Positions 21,301 through 34,400 of a stretch of DNA of 64,000 bases are shown in pieces. Within the stretch, counting starts at the first letter, position 1, and the number at the start of each line of letters is the position of its first letter. Below the pieces are notes generated by a model, which searched no databases, was not told the DNA's origin, and was given only the letters and a program-made list of their open reading frames with translations. This stretch comes from Macrostomum lignano (Eukaryota), in NCBI GenBank assembly GCA_002269645.1, contig NIVC01002409.1, forward strand, positions 62,001 to 126,000, read 5' to 3'. The translations under genes were made by a program, and so were the position numbers.

Positions 21301-23118
21301 ACAGCTACAAACTGGGGATTTCCATTGACAGCTACAAACTGGGGATTTCCATTGACAGCTATGCCTTCGAAAAAATCGAATTGGTGGGATTCACCTTATG
21401 ACCATCGAATTGGGATTCACCTTGACAGCAATCGATTTGGGATTTTCCTTGACAGCTATTGAATTGGGATCCCCCCTGACAACTATCAAGTTGGGATTTC
21501 CCTTAGCAACTATAGAATTTGGGATTCTCTTAATAGCTATCGAATTGGGATTCCTCTTAACAACTATCGAATTGGGATTCCTCTAAGCAACTAAAGAATT
21601 TGGGATTCCTCTAAGCAACTAAAGAATTTGGGATTCCCATAAAAACTATCGAATTGGGATTCTCCTTGACAACCTTAAATTGGGATTTCCATACATAGTT
21701 GTCGATTTGAACCCTTTGACACAAACTAAATGAGGAATTCCCTACATCGCTAACGATACGATCTGGGATTTCCATATAATTTCTACTTACCGAAAATCGC
21801 CCAGAGCATTGACTCACTCACCGGTAAATCGTCGTATGGAATGATCTCAAAGCCCGGCATGAAGGGCCCGAAGTTCTTGAAGCTGGAGGGGTCGGTGGAG
21901 GCCGAGATGGCGCCGAGGCTGCGGCCCCAGAAGTTGTCGCTGGCGAAGATCACCTTGGCGCGGTTCTCCGGCACGCCCTTCACCGTGTAGGCCCAGCGGC
22001 GGGCAAACTTCACGGCGCTGTCGCAGGCCTCCACGCCGGTGTTCATCGGCAGCAGCTTGTCGTAGCCGAACAGCTTCGTGACGAATTCCTCGTATTCGCC
22101 CAGCAGCGAGCTGTAGAAGGCCCGGCTGCACAGCGCCAGCACCGAGGCCTGCTCGGTCAGGGCCGCCATGATCTTCGGGTGACAGTGGCCCTGGGGACGG
22201 CCGATTGGGGGGAGCGGGTTGAGAGACTGCGCATTGTGGGGGGGGGCAGCCAATCTCAAGGTGGCTGTCTCCAAGGGCTTTAGTTGCGTACTAACCGAAG
22301 CCAATTCTGCTTAACTTTTAACACTGACTTTCTCAAATATGTAGCACCATAATTCCACAATCAGCACTGAGGCAATTCTGCTCCATTGGCTTTGGCTTAT
22401 GGAGCAGAAAGCCAATTCTGCTTAACTTTTAACACTGACTTTCTCAAATATGTAGCACCATAATTCCACAATCAGCACTGAGGCAATTCTGCTCCATTGG
22501 CTTTGGCTTATGGAGCAGAAAGCCAATTCTGCTTAACTTTTAACACTGACTTTCTCAAATATGTAGCACCATAATTCCACAATCAGCACTGAGGCAATTC
22601 TGCCCACGGAGTCGTACACACGCTCACACAGTGTGTACAGCGGCTCTGAATCTACACGTACACGTACATGTAGCATGTACACTCGTGTGCCTTGGGAGGT
22701 TGGCCCTCATGACTGTGAATCGCAAGACAACTTCAGGACAATGTTTCATGCACAATCCCCACATTAATTTGACGTTTAGCCGAATCGAACCAGGGGACTT
22801 TCAGGTGCAAGAGCCAGGCGCTGGCAGTCTCAATTAATCGCAGCCACTCACCTGGTTGACAGCGCTGTAGGCGGACAAGAAGTCGAAGTACTGGTTGCCG
22901 TCCACATCGTACACGAAGACGCCTTTGCCGCGGCACAGCGCCACAGGCAGCGGGTGGTAATTGTGCGCCCCGAAGCGGCTCTCCCGGTCGTAGACAGCCT
23001 GCGACTTGGCCGTCTGCTTGCGCGGCCCGTCTTTCCAGTCCAGACCGCCCGAGGCCAGGGACCGCGAGAATCCTTGGCGGGCGAGGCCAAGGCTGCACTT
23101 GGATAGGCGGGAGAGCAT
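18363..23118 (-). CDS. OAT: Ornithine aminotransferase (mitochondrial, PLP-dependent class III aminotransferase)
   Basis: Exons 23118-22852, 22190-21822, 21199-20993, 20486-20180 and 18529-18363; all GT-AG and in frame, 438 aa. Motifs [52 protein letters not shown] (PLP Lys), [16 protein letters not shown]. Confidence 0.96.
18630..19545. repeat. GA-rich (GAGAGGGGAGAT-like) repeat in OAT intron 4
   Basis: Read directly. Confidence 0.9.
20690..20960. repeat. 33-bp minisatellite in OAT intron 3
   Basis: Unit TGTCCGAGTTTGGGATTTATAATGTCCACCGAG. Confidence 0.85.
21260..21710. repeat. Degenerate ~27-30-bp minisatellite in OAT intron 2
   Basis: Recurring GACA(G/A)CTA..AATTGGGATTTCC units. Confidence 0.75.
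22300..22602. repeat. 111-bp tandem repeat (2.7 copies) in OAT intron 1
   Basis: GCCAATTCTGCTTAAC starts at 22300, 22411 and 22522. Confidence 0.9.
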
Positions 23119-25128
23119 GGCTGCTGGATCGCTGATTGCATGCACGCAGTCAATTGAAGATCTGCTTGTAACAGATGGAGAAACTTTGTATTGACCAACT
23201 GGCCATCTGGCACAGTTCAAAAAATTCAAGATCAGGTTTCTGCGTCAGGATGCCAAATTTAATTTTGGCATCCTGAGTTTGGACCCCAGATTCTAAAAAA
23301 GCACCCTGTTATCAAGCTGGATACCATTAAACTCAAGCTTGAGTTATTTTTGCGATCAATTTATAATCCTTTGAATTCTTGGGATTCCAAAACTTTCATT
23401 AATTGTCAAATTGAAACAATTATTAAACATTGAGTCTGCAGACTTCCGCAACTTTTGTGTGTCATGGAACTTAGCAATGCAAAGAGCAATGCAATGCAAT
23501 TAGCAATGCAAATAGTCATACATAATTAGTACTACATGAGCAACACCCAGCTAAGCCAACTGAACTGGCGAGGTGAAAAGCCTCTGGCTAAAAGTATGTT
23601 GAAAGGCAGAAAGGTACAAAGGCAATGAGGAAAAGAAAAAAGAAGTCAACTGGATTTGTGGACCAACATAAGTCTAAACCAGAGCCAACAAAGTTACATT
23701 CTTCATTAAAACTAACTTGCATAGGAAGTGTAAATTAAGAAGATATTTATATATGGGTAGGGTAAAGATGTTGGTATTTTTATTGATTTTTTACTAATGC
23801 TAGCTGATATCCTAGTTTCAATTTGGTAACTTAGCTTTGGACTTAATAAGAGTCTAAATAGCATATTGGGATTCAGATGCTTTAAAAACCCAGTCTCTGA
23901 GGCTCAAGTGTCTATAGCAAAGGGAAGACCAGCTTTGATTAATGCAATCTAACCTTTGGACTTAGTAGCTGGCCTAGTTATCAAAATAAAATAAAATTTA
24001 AATTTATAGAGTTAGCATAATAATTCCTACAATCTATCTATCTAAACTTCATTTATACAATGTCTAGATCTTTATTGTATGGTAAAAAGACAGTTTGGCA
24101 TATATTTATCTCTACTTATAAAAATGAAAATACTATACAGTTGTGTTTGGCTATTTTTTATTCTGGTATATACGCTCGTAGTTGATATTGACATAGTCTT
24201 TAACAAGCGTTAGCTTTCCCCAATTAAGTGTAGATAATTTCAATGACAAATGATTTTATTGATATGTTTTGGAGACAAAGATTTATTTTGGTAATAATTT
24301 TTAACTTGTTTCTATGTCTATAACAAATGCTTTGACTATAAATAGAAGACTTGATAAATAGTAGGTTTAGTAATAGTATACTTTTTAGTAATACTTGTAC
24401 CCATTTACTGGAGGGAAAATCCATAAGAAATTATTTCTATAGGACTATCTAGAATAATATATACAATTCATGTTTTTATTTTATTAATCAAAGCATCAAT
24501 GACAATATAAGGACCACTGTTAGTAGAAAGACTCGGCACTCACAAACCATGGAAAAAGTTTTGAAGGCTAATTTTCAAATTTGGATACTATCTTTTCAGA
24601 TAAAAATATTAAGATGATTTTTAAACCATATTAGTAGCTGAATATTTTAAGAAAATTGACTGACCTTTCCACCTATTTTAGTAATGCTTGCCACTTCTAA
24701 TGAAGATTTTGGTGCTTAACTTGGATACAGTAGTGATATGGCTAATGCTACTGCTATTTTGTATGAGTTTGTATGATTTTTATGTCAAAATAATTGACTT
24801 CAATTAACTAGTATTTGCAATCAACATATAGTTTTTATTTTTGTAAAGATCATTAAAAAGGCTATGATTTTTTAGCAACATAAACCAATTACCAAATATT
24901 TTGGTGACTCACAAAAGGCAATGTTCCAGCAAAATATTGTAATTTTGCTGAATTACAATTTAGGCAAATTTACAAAAGCTAGTTAAACTTAAAGAAATAT
25001 TAAAGAAATGCATAAAAATATTAACAAATAAGAAAAAATAAGACATAAAATAACAAATACATAACAAGCTTTTACGTTTAATAAAAAAAATTCTAAAAGT
25101 AACAAAGAAGTAAATTTAATAAACCCTT

Positions 25129-26192
25129 TGAGGTGGGGGGAGAAAAGAAAAATTTTGTGGTGATCTTAGGAGCTTGGAGCGGGTTTTCTTTCAACTTTAA
25201 ACTGCCACCTTCGTGATCTTCGGCACTTGTAAAGTCGGAAAAATTTGCAGAAAATTCGGACGCTTTTCTCCTGTTTTACTCCGACTGCTGGGTTCCTCAG
25301 GTCCGGGGGAGGGTAGTCGTAATTGTAGCAGAGCGGTCGTTAGAGCGGCACGGTCGTTCAGATGGTAGACACCGTAGATTTTGACACCGTAGAATTTACG
25401 CGTTGAATGTGCTGATCGGCTTACTTTCGGTAGGGTAGAGCTGCCACCACCGTAATTTACGTATTACGGAACGTTGAAGTCTCAGACTTTCTTTGAGTTG
25501 AGGACTTGTTGTTTTACGCCCCACGGGCAAATAACTTAATATAGACTAACGAGGCTTCAGTTAATTAATAGGAAAATTAATAGCCGACTGTTTACGGTTT
25601 TATTAAGTAGACAAACGATAGTAATTAAGTGTTGATGCGACAGAGAGCTAGGTACGATCGATGAAGTGGATCCAGCGTGCCGGGGTGCTAAACTACTTAG
25701 GATTCTTAAGCTTTATTAATGGACTACAGCTAGTTAAAGGTTAAACACAAAGGATGAGAGGAAAAACAGTAAAAGAAAAGTTAAAAAGGTTAAAAAGTTA
25801 GAGAAAGTTAGAGAAGTTAGTGAAGCTAGAGAAGTTAGTGAAGCTGCAATTTCGCTTTGATTAAAAATACACGGAGAAGTTAGGACACAAGTTGGGGTGA
25901 ACAAGGCCAATGCTGGGATCAGTTACGGGATCCAGCGGTGGTGCATCAATTGGAAAAAACAAAATATTAAACCGAAAATAAGCAAAGTAAAATAGGCACG
26001 GGGGTGGGGCAGCAAAAGGGGCCACAGACGGGAAAGGGACAAACCACACAAGGGCGCAACCGCCGGACCAACCAAAGGGGCAAACCCAGGAACGATAGAT
26101 GGCGGGACACGTCATTTCACACCTCATGGTGGACCAAATGGGCCTAACCCGGGACAAGCAAAAAAAACACCGGTGGTAGCCCACCTACCACA
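25129..26192. mobile_element. Possible solo LTR
   Basis: TG..CA ends (TGAGGT.. / ..ACCACA), CCTT on both flanks (25125-25128, 26193-26196), higher GC than the surrounding AT-rich block. Confidence 0.4.
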
Positions 26193-26654
26193 CCTTTAAG
26201 CCTTAATCATTGGGTCTAGGTCTTGCTATGTTCTCTAGGTGGTAGAAATGGTATTGCCATTAGTTTATGACAAAGCAGGTTAGTCTTGTTATCATTTTCT
26301 ATCTCCTTTGCAATTTTTCCTAGAAAATTGGCCTTGGCTTCAAAAAATTATACAATCTTAACAAGGACAACTTATTTTAGCTCTATTGATATTTGTAAAT
26401 TGGCATAAATTTAGTTATGATTTTAACAAAGTAGTCTTAATTGCTACTGGGTAGTATACAATTCTTATTGTTAGTTTAAAAATAAATAAAATATATAGCA
26501 CTGTCCTTTCAAAATGAAAAAGCCTTTGAAAATGAATTTGCCAAAACATTATAATTTTGCAAAAATGTCACATATCCTTATGAAATCAGGATATGAGTTA
26601 TGATATGATGTATGAGTCACTAAAACTTCTTCATAAAAACAATTGTAACTCATA

Positions 26655-26928
26655 CATACATGCGCAACCTCCAAAATTCGGTCGGCCGTGCGACTTAGTT
26701 TAACAAAAATGCGACGTAGTTTTTAGCCAAAAATGCGATTTACATGTAAAAAAATCCTAAAGCAAAATTAACGCAACTTCAACTTGTCTTATTAACCCAA
26801 AATGCCTCGTCAGCTACTTAGTACTACTTCTTGGGTGTTTTTTGGGTGGGCATTTTTGCGACTTCCTTGGTTGGCCGCCAAATCGGTCGGCCAGATCGGC
26901 CGACTCGGCCGACTGTTGCGCATGTATG
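26655..26928. mobile_element. hAT-type MITE, 274 bp
   Basis: Perfect 14-bp TIR CATACATGCGCAAC / GTTGCGCATGTATG; 8-bp TSD AACTCATA at 26647-26654 and 26929-26936; internal TCGGCCGA repeats. Confidence 0.85.
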
Positions 26929-28413
26929 AACTCATACTATTAAAACTTGACCTAGTAGAAACAATCAAAGTATAATCATAATCACAAAGCTATAGACAGT
27001 CATAGTCATCGTCATGCATTTATGCATTATACAACAAAAGATGTAGCCATACCATACGTCCATAGCTATATAGGCCTACAATGACAAAAAATAAAATAAT
27101 ATACTAATCAATGCATGCAGATAAAGAGTGAAGTAAGCAGTATAGTACATAGCATTATATTATATACTCTTATAGTCGATTACGATTAAAATTACAGCTG
27201 CCAGTTGTCTTTAATTTGTGTAGTTGTAGTATAATATATATAAGAAACTGTTCCGGACTCTGGTCACGTGTTTTATTACCTACATGCGTCCAAGACACTC
27301 CCATGTGTCCTTCACTTATATAAGGCCAAACTTTCAATAGGGGTTATCTCAATGTCTTACTCTTATCAAAACCAAAGTACGTACGTAAAGTTATTGGCAC
27401 TAGCACTGGCACATAATTTTCCACGTATCGTGGAAAAAATATAGAGTTAAAAAAGTCCTTACCAATTCTAAAAAGTAACAGTTAATTTCAAATTTAATAA
27501 ATTATACTTTCAAAAATAAATAAACATACAAAATTTTTATTAAATAATAAAAACGGTTTTTTATTTTTTGTAGCCGTTGAGCTATACTTTATTTGTTATA
27601 TTTTCTTATCCTGTTTTTAAACGGGTTTTAAACATTAAAAAGAGTCCTGGTTTAAACATTAAACGATAAATTTCCATTATCGTGGCTTGTATGTATTTTT
27701 AAACGAAGAATTGCATTTTTTTCGTGAGAAACCTTGGTTTGAAATTATTAATTTGTCGTTATGTGCAATGACTTTTTGGTTTAGAAAATTTTCTAAAACT
27801 AATTATTTTTAGTTTATCAGTTTTAGTAAACCGAGTATTTTAGTACATACTAATATACTGTAATACTAATACATAGCTATGCTATACACTTACTCAGAAC
27901 TGTCTACTTGGCTCCTATTCAAGAGTTTCGAATTAGAAATGCAGCATTTGACAATTAAGGTTTTTAATTTTGAAAATACATTTTGTAGCAATATTTCTCA
28001 TAGCATATTTAACAACCAAAAGATTAAATTTATTGTGTTGTGCCAGTTTAATTTTACTTTTATATTTGATTTTGTACTTTTATTTTTCATTTTTTTGCCG
28101 CAATAATATTATTGTTATAACTGTTTATATGGACTTATAAAAATCATTCTTAGACCTAGAACTTTTTAATAGTTTTTTGGGCTCAAAAAGTTATTGAAAT
28201 GCAATCAAAACAGATTTTTTTGTTCAATTAATTAGTGTTATAAGTATTGGGATAATGCTTGTACTGACAATATTTTGCACTATTAAAAGATCTAATCCTT
28301 TGATTTAATGTTATGAAACTTTAGTGTCATATAAATTAAGTGAAAAGTGACAATTGCTGTTTTGGCATATTTTAGTAGTGATTTTTAATTCCTGCATGAG
28401 GCATAGCCATGAT

Positions 28414-31400
28414 ATGGCAGGGGATGTTAGTCTAGCCCTGGCCCCCAGAATCAGTACTTGGCCTCAATGGCTGCCACAAGCATTGCTGCTGATGTTGCTG
28501 CTGTTGCCATGGCCAGCTTCAACAGTCAGTCCCCAGATCAGTGGCATCCTGGTGGCACCATCAGCAAATGGTGTTTCACCCAGCGGCTGGAAGAAGACCA
28601 ACGATGGTGCTTATCAGGAGCTGCCATTCAACAAAGTGTTCACTTTCCACCTGTTTGGTCGCAACCTCAGCCAGGTGCTGAAGCTGGGGTTCAGCTACAT
28701 GCACAGGAATGACAGCGATTGCCAGGACACCAAGCTGTCCCAGTCCTTCGATGTCGAGCTTGTTGACGACAGTCGAGCCCTTGCGGAGGCGTCAGTGACG
28801 CAGACCTCAACCGTAGATGAGGTGGTTTACATCTGCGCCAAGCTGCGCGGCGCTGACGGCGCTCAGCACCGCTGGATGTTCTTTGGCAGCCATCTGCGGG
28901 TGTACATCTCCCGGGAGGTGTTCCCGATGTACGCCACGGTGCTGTTTATCTGCGGCCTGTTCACGCTTTCCGGCCTGTTCTCCGGCCTCAACCTCGGCCT
29001 CATGGCGCTGGACATCAACGAGCTGCGCATCATCTGCCGGGCGGGCAGCAGCGCGGAGAAGTCCTACGCCAAGAAGATCATCCCAGTGAGGAAGCGGGGC
29101 AACTTCCTGCTGTGCAGCCTGCTGCTGGGCAACGTTCTGGTCAACACCACCCTGTCGCTGCTCATGGACTCCATCACTGGCGACGGCATCTACGCTGTGA
29201 TCTCCGCCACTATTGGCATCGTCATCCTGGGCGAGATCATCCCTCAGGCTCTGTGCTCCCGCCACGGCCTGGCCATCGGCGCCTACACCATGCCGATCAC
29301 CATCTTATTCATGGCGCTCACCTCCCCGATTAGCTTCCCGCTGTCGTTTGTGCTGGACAAGGTGCTCGGAGAGGACTTCGGCCAGGTGTACGACCGCAAC
29401 AAGCTGAAGGAGTTCATCGCTGCCCAGGGCCTGGAGAAGACCGAGGCCAACATCATCCTGGGCGCGCTGTCCCTGCAGAATAAAACCATCTCTGAGGTCA
29501 TGCGGAACCTCGGCGAGGTGTACATGCTGCCCGCCGAGACCGTTATCGACTCCTTCACCATTGACCAGATCCGGGACACCGGCTTCACCAGGATCCCCAT
29601 CTATGACAAGGAGCGCAGCAACATCATCAACATATTGAACTTCAAGGACCTGACCATCGTTAACAGGGACACCCCCATGCGGGCGGACCTCATCTGCGAG
29701 TACTTCAACCGCCAGGTACAGGTGGTGTACGACACGGACACGCTGGACAACGCGCTAAAACTGTTCCTTAGCAACCGAATCCACCTGGCTATTGTGAAGC
29801 ATCACGTGGGCGAGGAAGAGGGCAACGATAAGGACCCGTACGAGGTCACGGTGGGCCTGGTGACGCTGGAGGACATTCTGGAGGAGATCATCCAGGAGGA
29901 GATCGAGGACGAGACCGACATTCCGGGTAATTTTCCTAGCTGAGATTTCAGGATAGAATCTGAAACTTCAGAGACTTCAGGATAGAAACCTGAGACTTCA
30001 GGATAGAACTGAGGCTTCAGGATAGAATCTGAGACTTCAGGATAGAATCATAGAACTGAGGCTTCAGGATAGAATCTGAAACTCCAGAGACTTCAGGATA
30101 GAATCCAAACTTCAGGATAGAACCTGAAACTTCAGGATAGAATCTGAGACTTCAGGATAGAATCTGAAACTTCAGGATAGAACCTGAAACTTCAGGATAG
30201 AATCTAAGACCTCAGGATAGAATCTAAGACTTCAGGATTGAACCTGAGACTTTAGGATAGAATCTGAGACTTCAGAATAGAACCTGAGACTTCAGGATAG
30301 AATCTGAGACTTCAGGATAGAATCTGAAACTTCTGGTGGCACAGAAGAAGAGTAACAAAATGAAGACTTGCTGCTTTTGCGCACCCAGTTTCTGGCGGAC
30401 CTGACCTCTAGTGCGCGATAAGAACAGGGTGAAGAGAAAGAGGGCTCGCGCCGCTGCTCATTCACGTCAGGAGCGGGGCTCAGCGATTGGGAGATAAGAT
30501 TACGCAGCCTTGCCTGTTTCAGTCAGGGGCTCATGAGCCAGCCATTTGAATTAAATTAAGTCAGTAATCGGAGCATATATTCTGAATGAAGAGCTCTGCA
30601 TGCGGGTATCAGCTGTGCGCTGGATCTGTCCGTGGAGCCTATGCGGGGCTGTCAAAATCAGGTGACAGTTAGAAGCCCCCTAGCAAAGATAGTCGGGGCA
30701 ATCTTCACTGTTTCAGTTGGGCCAGCCGCCCAACTCTTAGAAACTCTTAGGATTCTTAGAAAGACCGCACAACATCAACGGCTTGAGTGGATAGAAAATT
30801 TTGTCTCTTAGAAACTTTTTGAGGGCTGGGCCGGCTGGCATTACACAAGAAACAATGAACTACTTATATTTTATTGCGGAAGTTAAATTCATAAAAAGTG
30901 ATGCAAAAAAACTATTGAAGCAATAAAACACTCAAGGTAAATTTAAATATGAGCACTTTGAGTTTTTTTTTATTGGAATCTGCTCCGGTCAAACAATGGG
31001 TCTATGAGAATTTCCCGCAGGTTGTTTTCCTGCCGAGGTTTTCCCGCGGGGGTTTTCCAGTCGGAATTGAAATCTAGTCTATTCTATTCTAGTCTAATCT
31101 AATCTAATCTAGTCCAATTTAGTTCTAATCTAGTCTAATCTAATCTAGTCTAGTCTAATCTAATCGAATCTAGTCTAGTCTAATCTAATCTAGTCTAGTC
31201 TAATCTAATCTAGTCTACTCAAATCTAATCTAATCTAGTCTAGTCTAATCTAGTCTAGTCTAATCTAATATAGTCTAGTCTAGTTTAATATAATCTAGTC
31301 TAGTCTAATCTAATCTAGTATAGTCTAATCTAGTCTAGTCTAGTCTAGTCTAGTCTAGTCTAGTCTAGTCTTGTCTAATCTAATCTAATCTAGTAATCTA

Positions 31401-34400
31401 ATCTAGATTATAGTCCAATATAATTAAGTCTAGTCTAGTCTAATCTAATCTAGTCTAGTCTAGTCTAGTCTAGTCTAGTCTTGTCTAACTAATCTAATCT
31501 AGTAATCTAATCTAGATTATAGTCCAATATAATTTAGTCTAGTCTAGTCTAATCTAATCTAGTCTAGTCTTGTCTAGTTAATCTAGTCTAGTCTAGTCTT
31601 GTCTAGTTAATCTAGTCTAGTCTAGTCTTGTCTAGTTAATCTAGTCTAGTCTAGTCTTGTCTAGTCTATAGACTGGATTTCACTTGAAATTTAGTCTCGA
31701 AAACCCCTGCATGAAAAGCTTGCTACGGGAATTCTCGTGCTCCCAAAACAATGTCGTTGTTGCGGGACCAAAAATTGTAAATAATAAAAAATCTCATGTG
31801 TTTCTTTTTTGTGTAGTCGGCCCTCGAAGATTTCCTAGAAACGAAGGACTTAAGTAGTCCCAGAATTACAGCTCTTTTTGCTATTAAAAACAGTCACTTG
31901 TTGACCCTTCTTCGAGGAACGAAACTTTCCCACACTTTAGCTTCAAATGGGATTTTTAACCATTTCGAATGGGAAGTTAATCCGCGTCTGTTGACACTCC
32001 AGCTGAACTCCTCCTCATTGCAGAGGTGCCGCAGGTGAACAAGGCGCTTCAGGGCAGGCGGAAGTTTTGGAAGGACGTCAGCCTGAGCGGCACCTCGGCT
32101 TCACAGATTCCTGGCCAGCTGCGCTTGGCGGCCGCACAGAATCTGGCAATGCGTAAGGCGTGGCACTGACCCACAATGCCCTGATCCTCAGTTGCTTGGC
32201 CATCGCCCTCCCAGATCCTCAGTTGCTGGGCCATCGCCCTCCCAGATCCTCAGTTGCTGGGCCATCGCCCTCCCAGATCCTCAGTTGCTGGGCCATCGCC
32301 CTCCCAGATCCTCAGTTGCTGGGCCGCCGCCTCTTCTCCCAGACCAGTTGTCCCGTTTGCAGGTAAAGTTTGCAATGTAAAAGCACCACCCCTCTTATCA
32401 AATCGCCATCCCCACTGCAGAGTACAGCGAGCTGTTTGGCCGGAACGCAATTTTGGAGCCCGTCCTGGATCGAATGTTTGAGGAGAAAATCCTCGTGCGT
32501 CACATGTTTGTGTAAGCCGGCCTGCTCTGTTCGAGCTGAATCTGAAATCTGAGCTGGTGGTTGAAAATAATGGGGAACGGAAATATGCGCTGCTTTTGCT
32601 GCCCCCCTCTCCTGTTTAACCCTTCGATCGGCTCTGCTGAGCTCTCTGCTGCATCTTCTTGCAATCGGAGCCTGTATCAGTGAAGCAGGTCTTCGCTGCC
32701 AGCTTTTCCTTGTTAACTTTGTCTTTAATTTAATAAAGCCGAGTTCAAATAAATATTCTTTGATGTCCACCGCCACGTTTTTAAGCTAAGCGGGTCCTTT
32801 GATGTCTACCGCCACGCCTTTAAGTTAAGCGGGTCCATTGATGTCTACCGCCACGTTTTTAAGCTAAGCCATTCCTTTGATGTCTACCGCCACGTTTTTA
32901 AGCTAAGCCATTCCTTTGATGTCTACCGCCACGTTTTTAAGCTAAGCGATTCCTTTGATGTCTACCGCCACGTTTTTAAGCTAAGCGGGTTCTTTGATGT
33001 CTACCGCCACGTTTTTAAGCTAAGCGGGTAATTTTATGTCTACCACCACGTTTTTAAGCTAAGCGGGTTCTTTGATGTCTACCGCCACGTTTTTAAGCTA
33101 AGCGGGTCCTTTAATTTTCGACGAAATTTTCGAAATTACGCAGGTCTTTTGAAGCCCAAAAATGAGTTTCATACCCGATAAATTTCAGCTACGGAGACGA
33201 GGACCGGAACGCTCTGTACCGCAGGAACGAGCCCGCCGACTACGGCTGCTTCCTGTTGGAAGGTCGCGCCGTGCTGGGCATCGGGGTGGAGAACCTGGAG
33301 TTCGAGGCCACCATCTTTACCCTACTCGGCAGCAAAGCTCTCAGCGGTGAGTCTATCTGCTTGATACAATTATATCTACCCCTCCGCACCCAGTGTACAT
33401 CTACCCCTCTGCACTCAGTGTACACCTACCTCCACCCCTCCACCCAGTGTACATCTACGCCTCTGCACCCAGTGTACACCTACCTCCACCCAATGTACAT
33501 CGAACCCTCTCCACCCAGTGTACATCTACCCCTCTGTACCCAGTGTACATCTACCCCTCTGCACTCAGTGTACACCTACCTCCACCCAGTGTACATCTAC
33601 GCCTCTGCACCCAGTGTACACCTACCTCCACCCAGTGTACATCGAACCCTCTCCACCCAGTGTACATCTACCCCTCTGTACCCAGTGTACATCTATCCCT
33701 CTGCACCCAGTGTACACCTACCTCCACCCAGTGTACATCGAACCCTCTCCACCCAGTGTACACCTACCCCTCTCCACCCAGTGTACATCTATTCTCTTCA
33801 CCCAGTGTACATCTACCCTTCTGCACCCAATATACACCTACCTCCACCCATTGTACATCTACCCCTCTACACCCAGTGCAAACCTACTTATCTACATTTT
33901 CTCCCTAGCCGGTAAATTGTCCTTTGCCATTATTTATCCTGCTGCATCAACTAAGCCCTGTTCAGTGGCTTCCCGCAGCTTAGCAATCGATGGCGGCTCA
34001 TATGCACTGTTGATCCATAATTAGCCTGATCTCCAACCCGCTCGGGTGTGCCGTTCTCCTATTTCATGCATCTGACCTGTCTCTGGCTGTTTAACTATGT
34101 GTTATATCGGATTCACTATTTGCAACTGTGTTTTGCCCTTCCCGATCCGTCAGTGAGCCACTGCTGGACCCTTCCCGATCCGTCAGTGAGCCACTGCTGG
34201 ACCCTTCCCGATCCGTCAGTGAGCCACTGCTGGACCCTTCCCGATCCGTCAGTGAGCCACTGCTGGACCCTTCCCGATCCCTCAGTGAGCCACTGCCACC
34301 CTTCCCGATCCCTCAGTGAGCCACTGCTGGACCCTTCCCGATCCGTCAGTGAGCCACTGCTGGACCCTTCCCGATCCGTCAGTGAGCCAATGCCACCCTT

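Noticed and set aside
27414-27450. Helitron 3' end (TTTTCCACG/CGTGGAAAA hairpin)
   Set aside because: No CTRR terminus at the expected distance.
30412-30500. Extra CNNM exon (VRDKNRVKRKR..)
   Set aside because: It runs to a stop or needs a weak donor with an incompatible phase; exon 1 splices in frame directly to 32024. It cannot be excluded as an alternative terminal exon.
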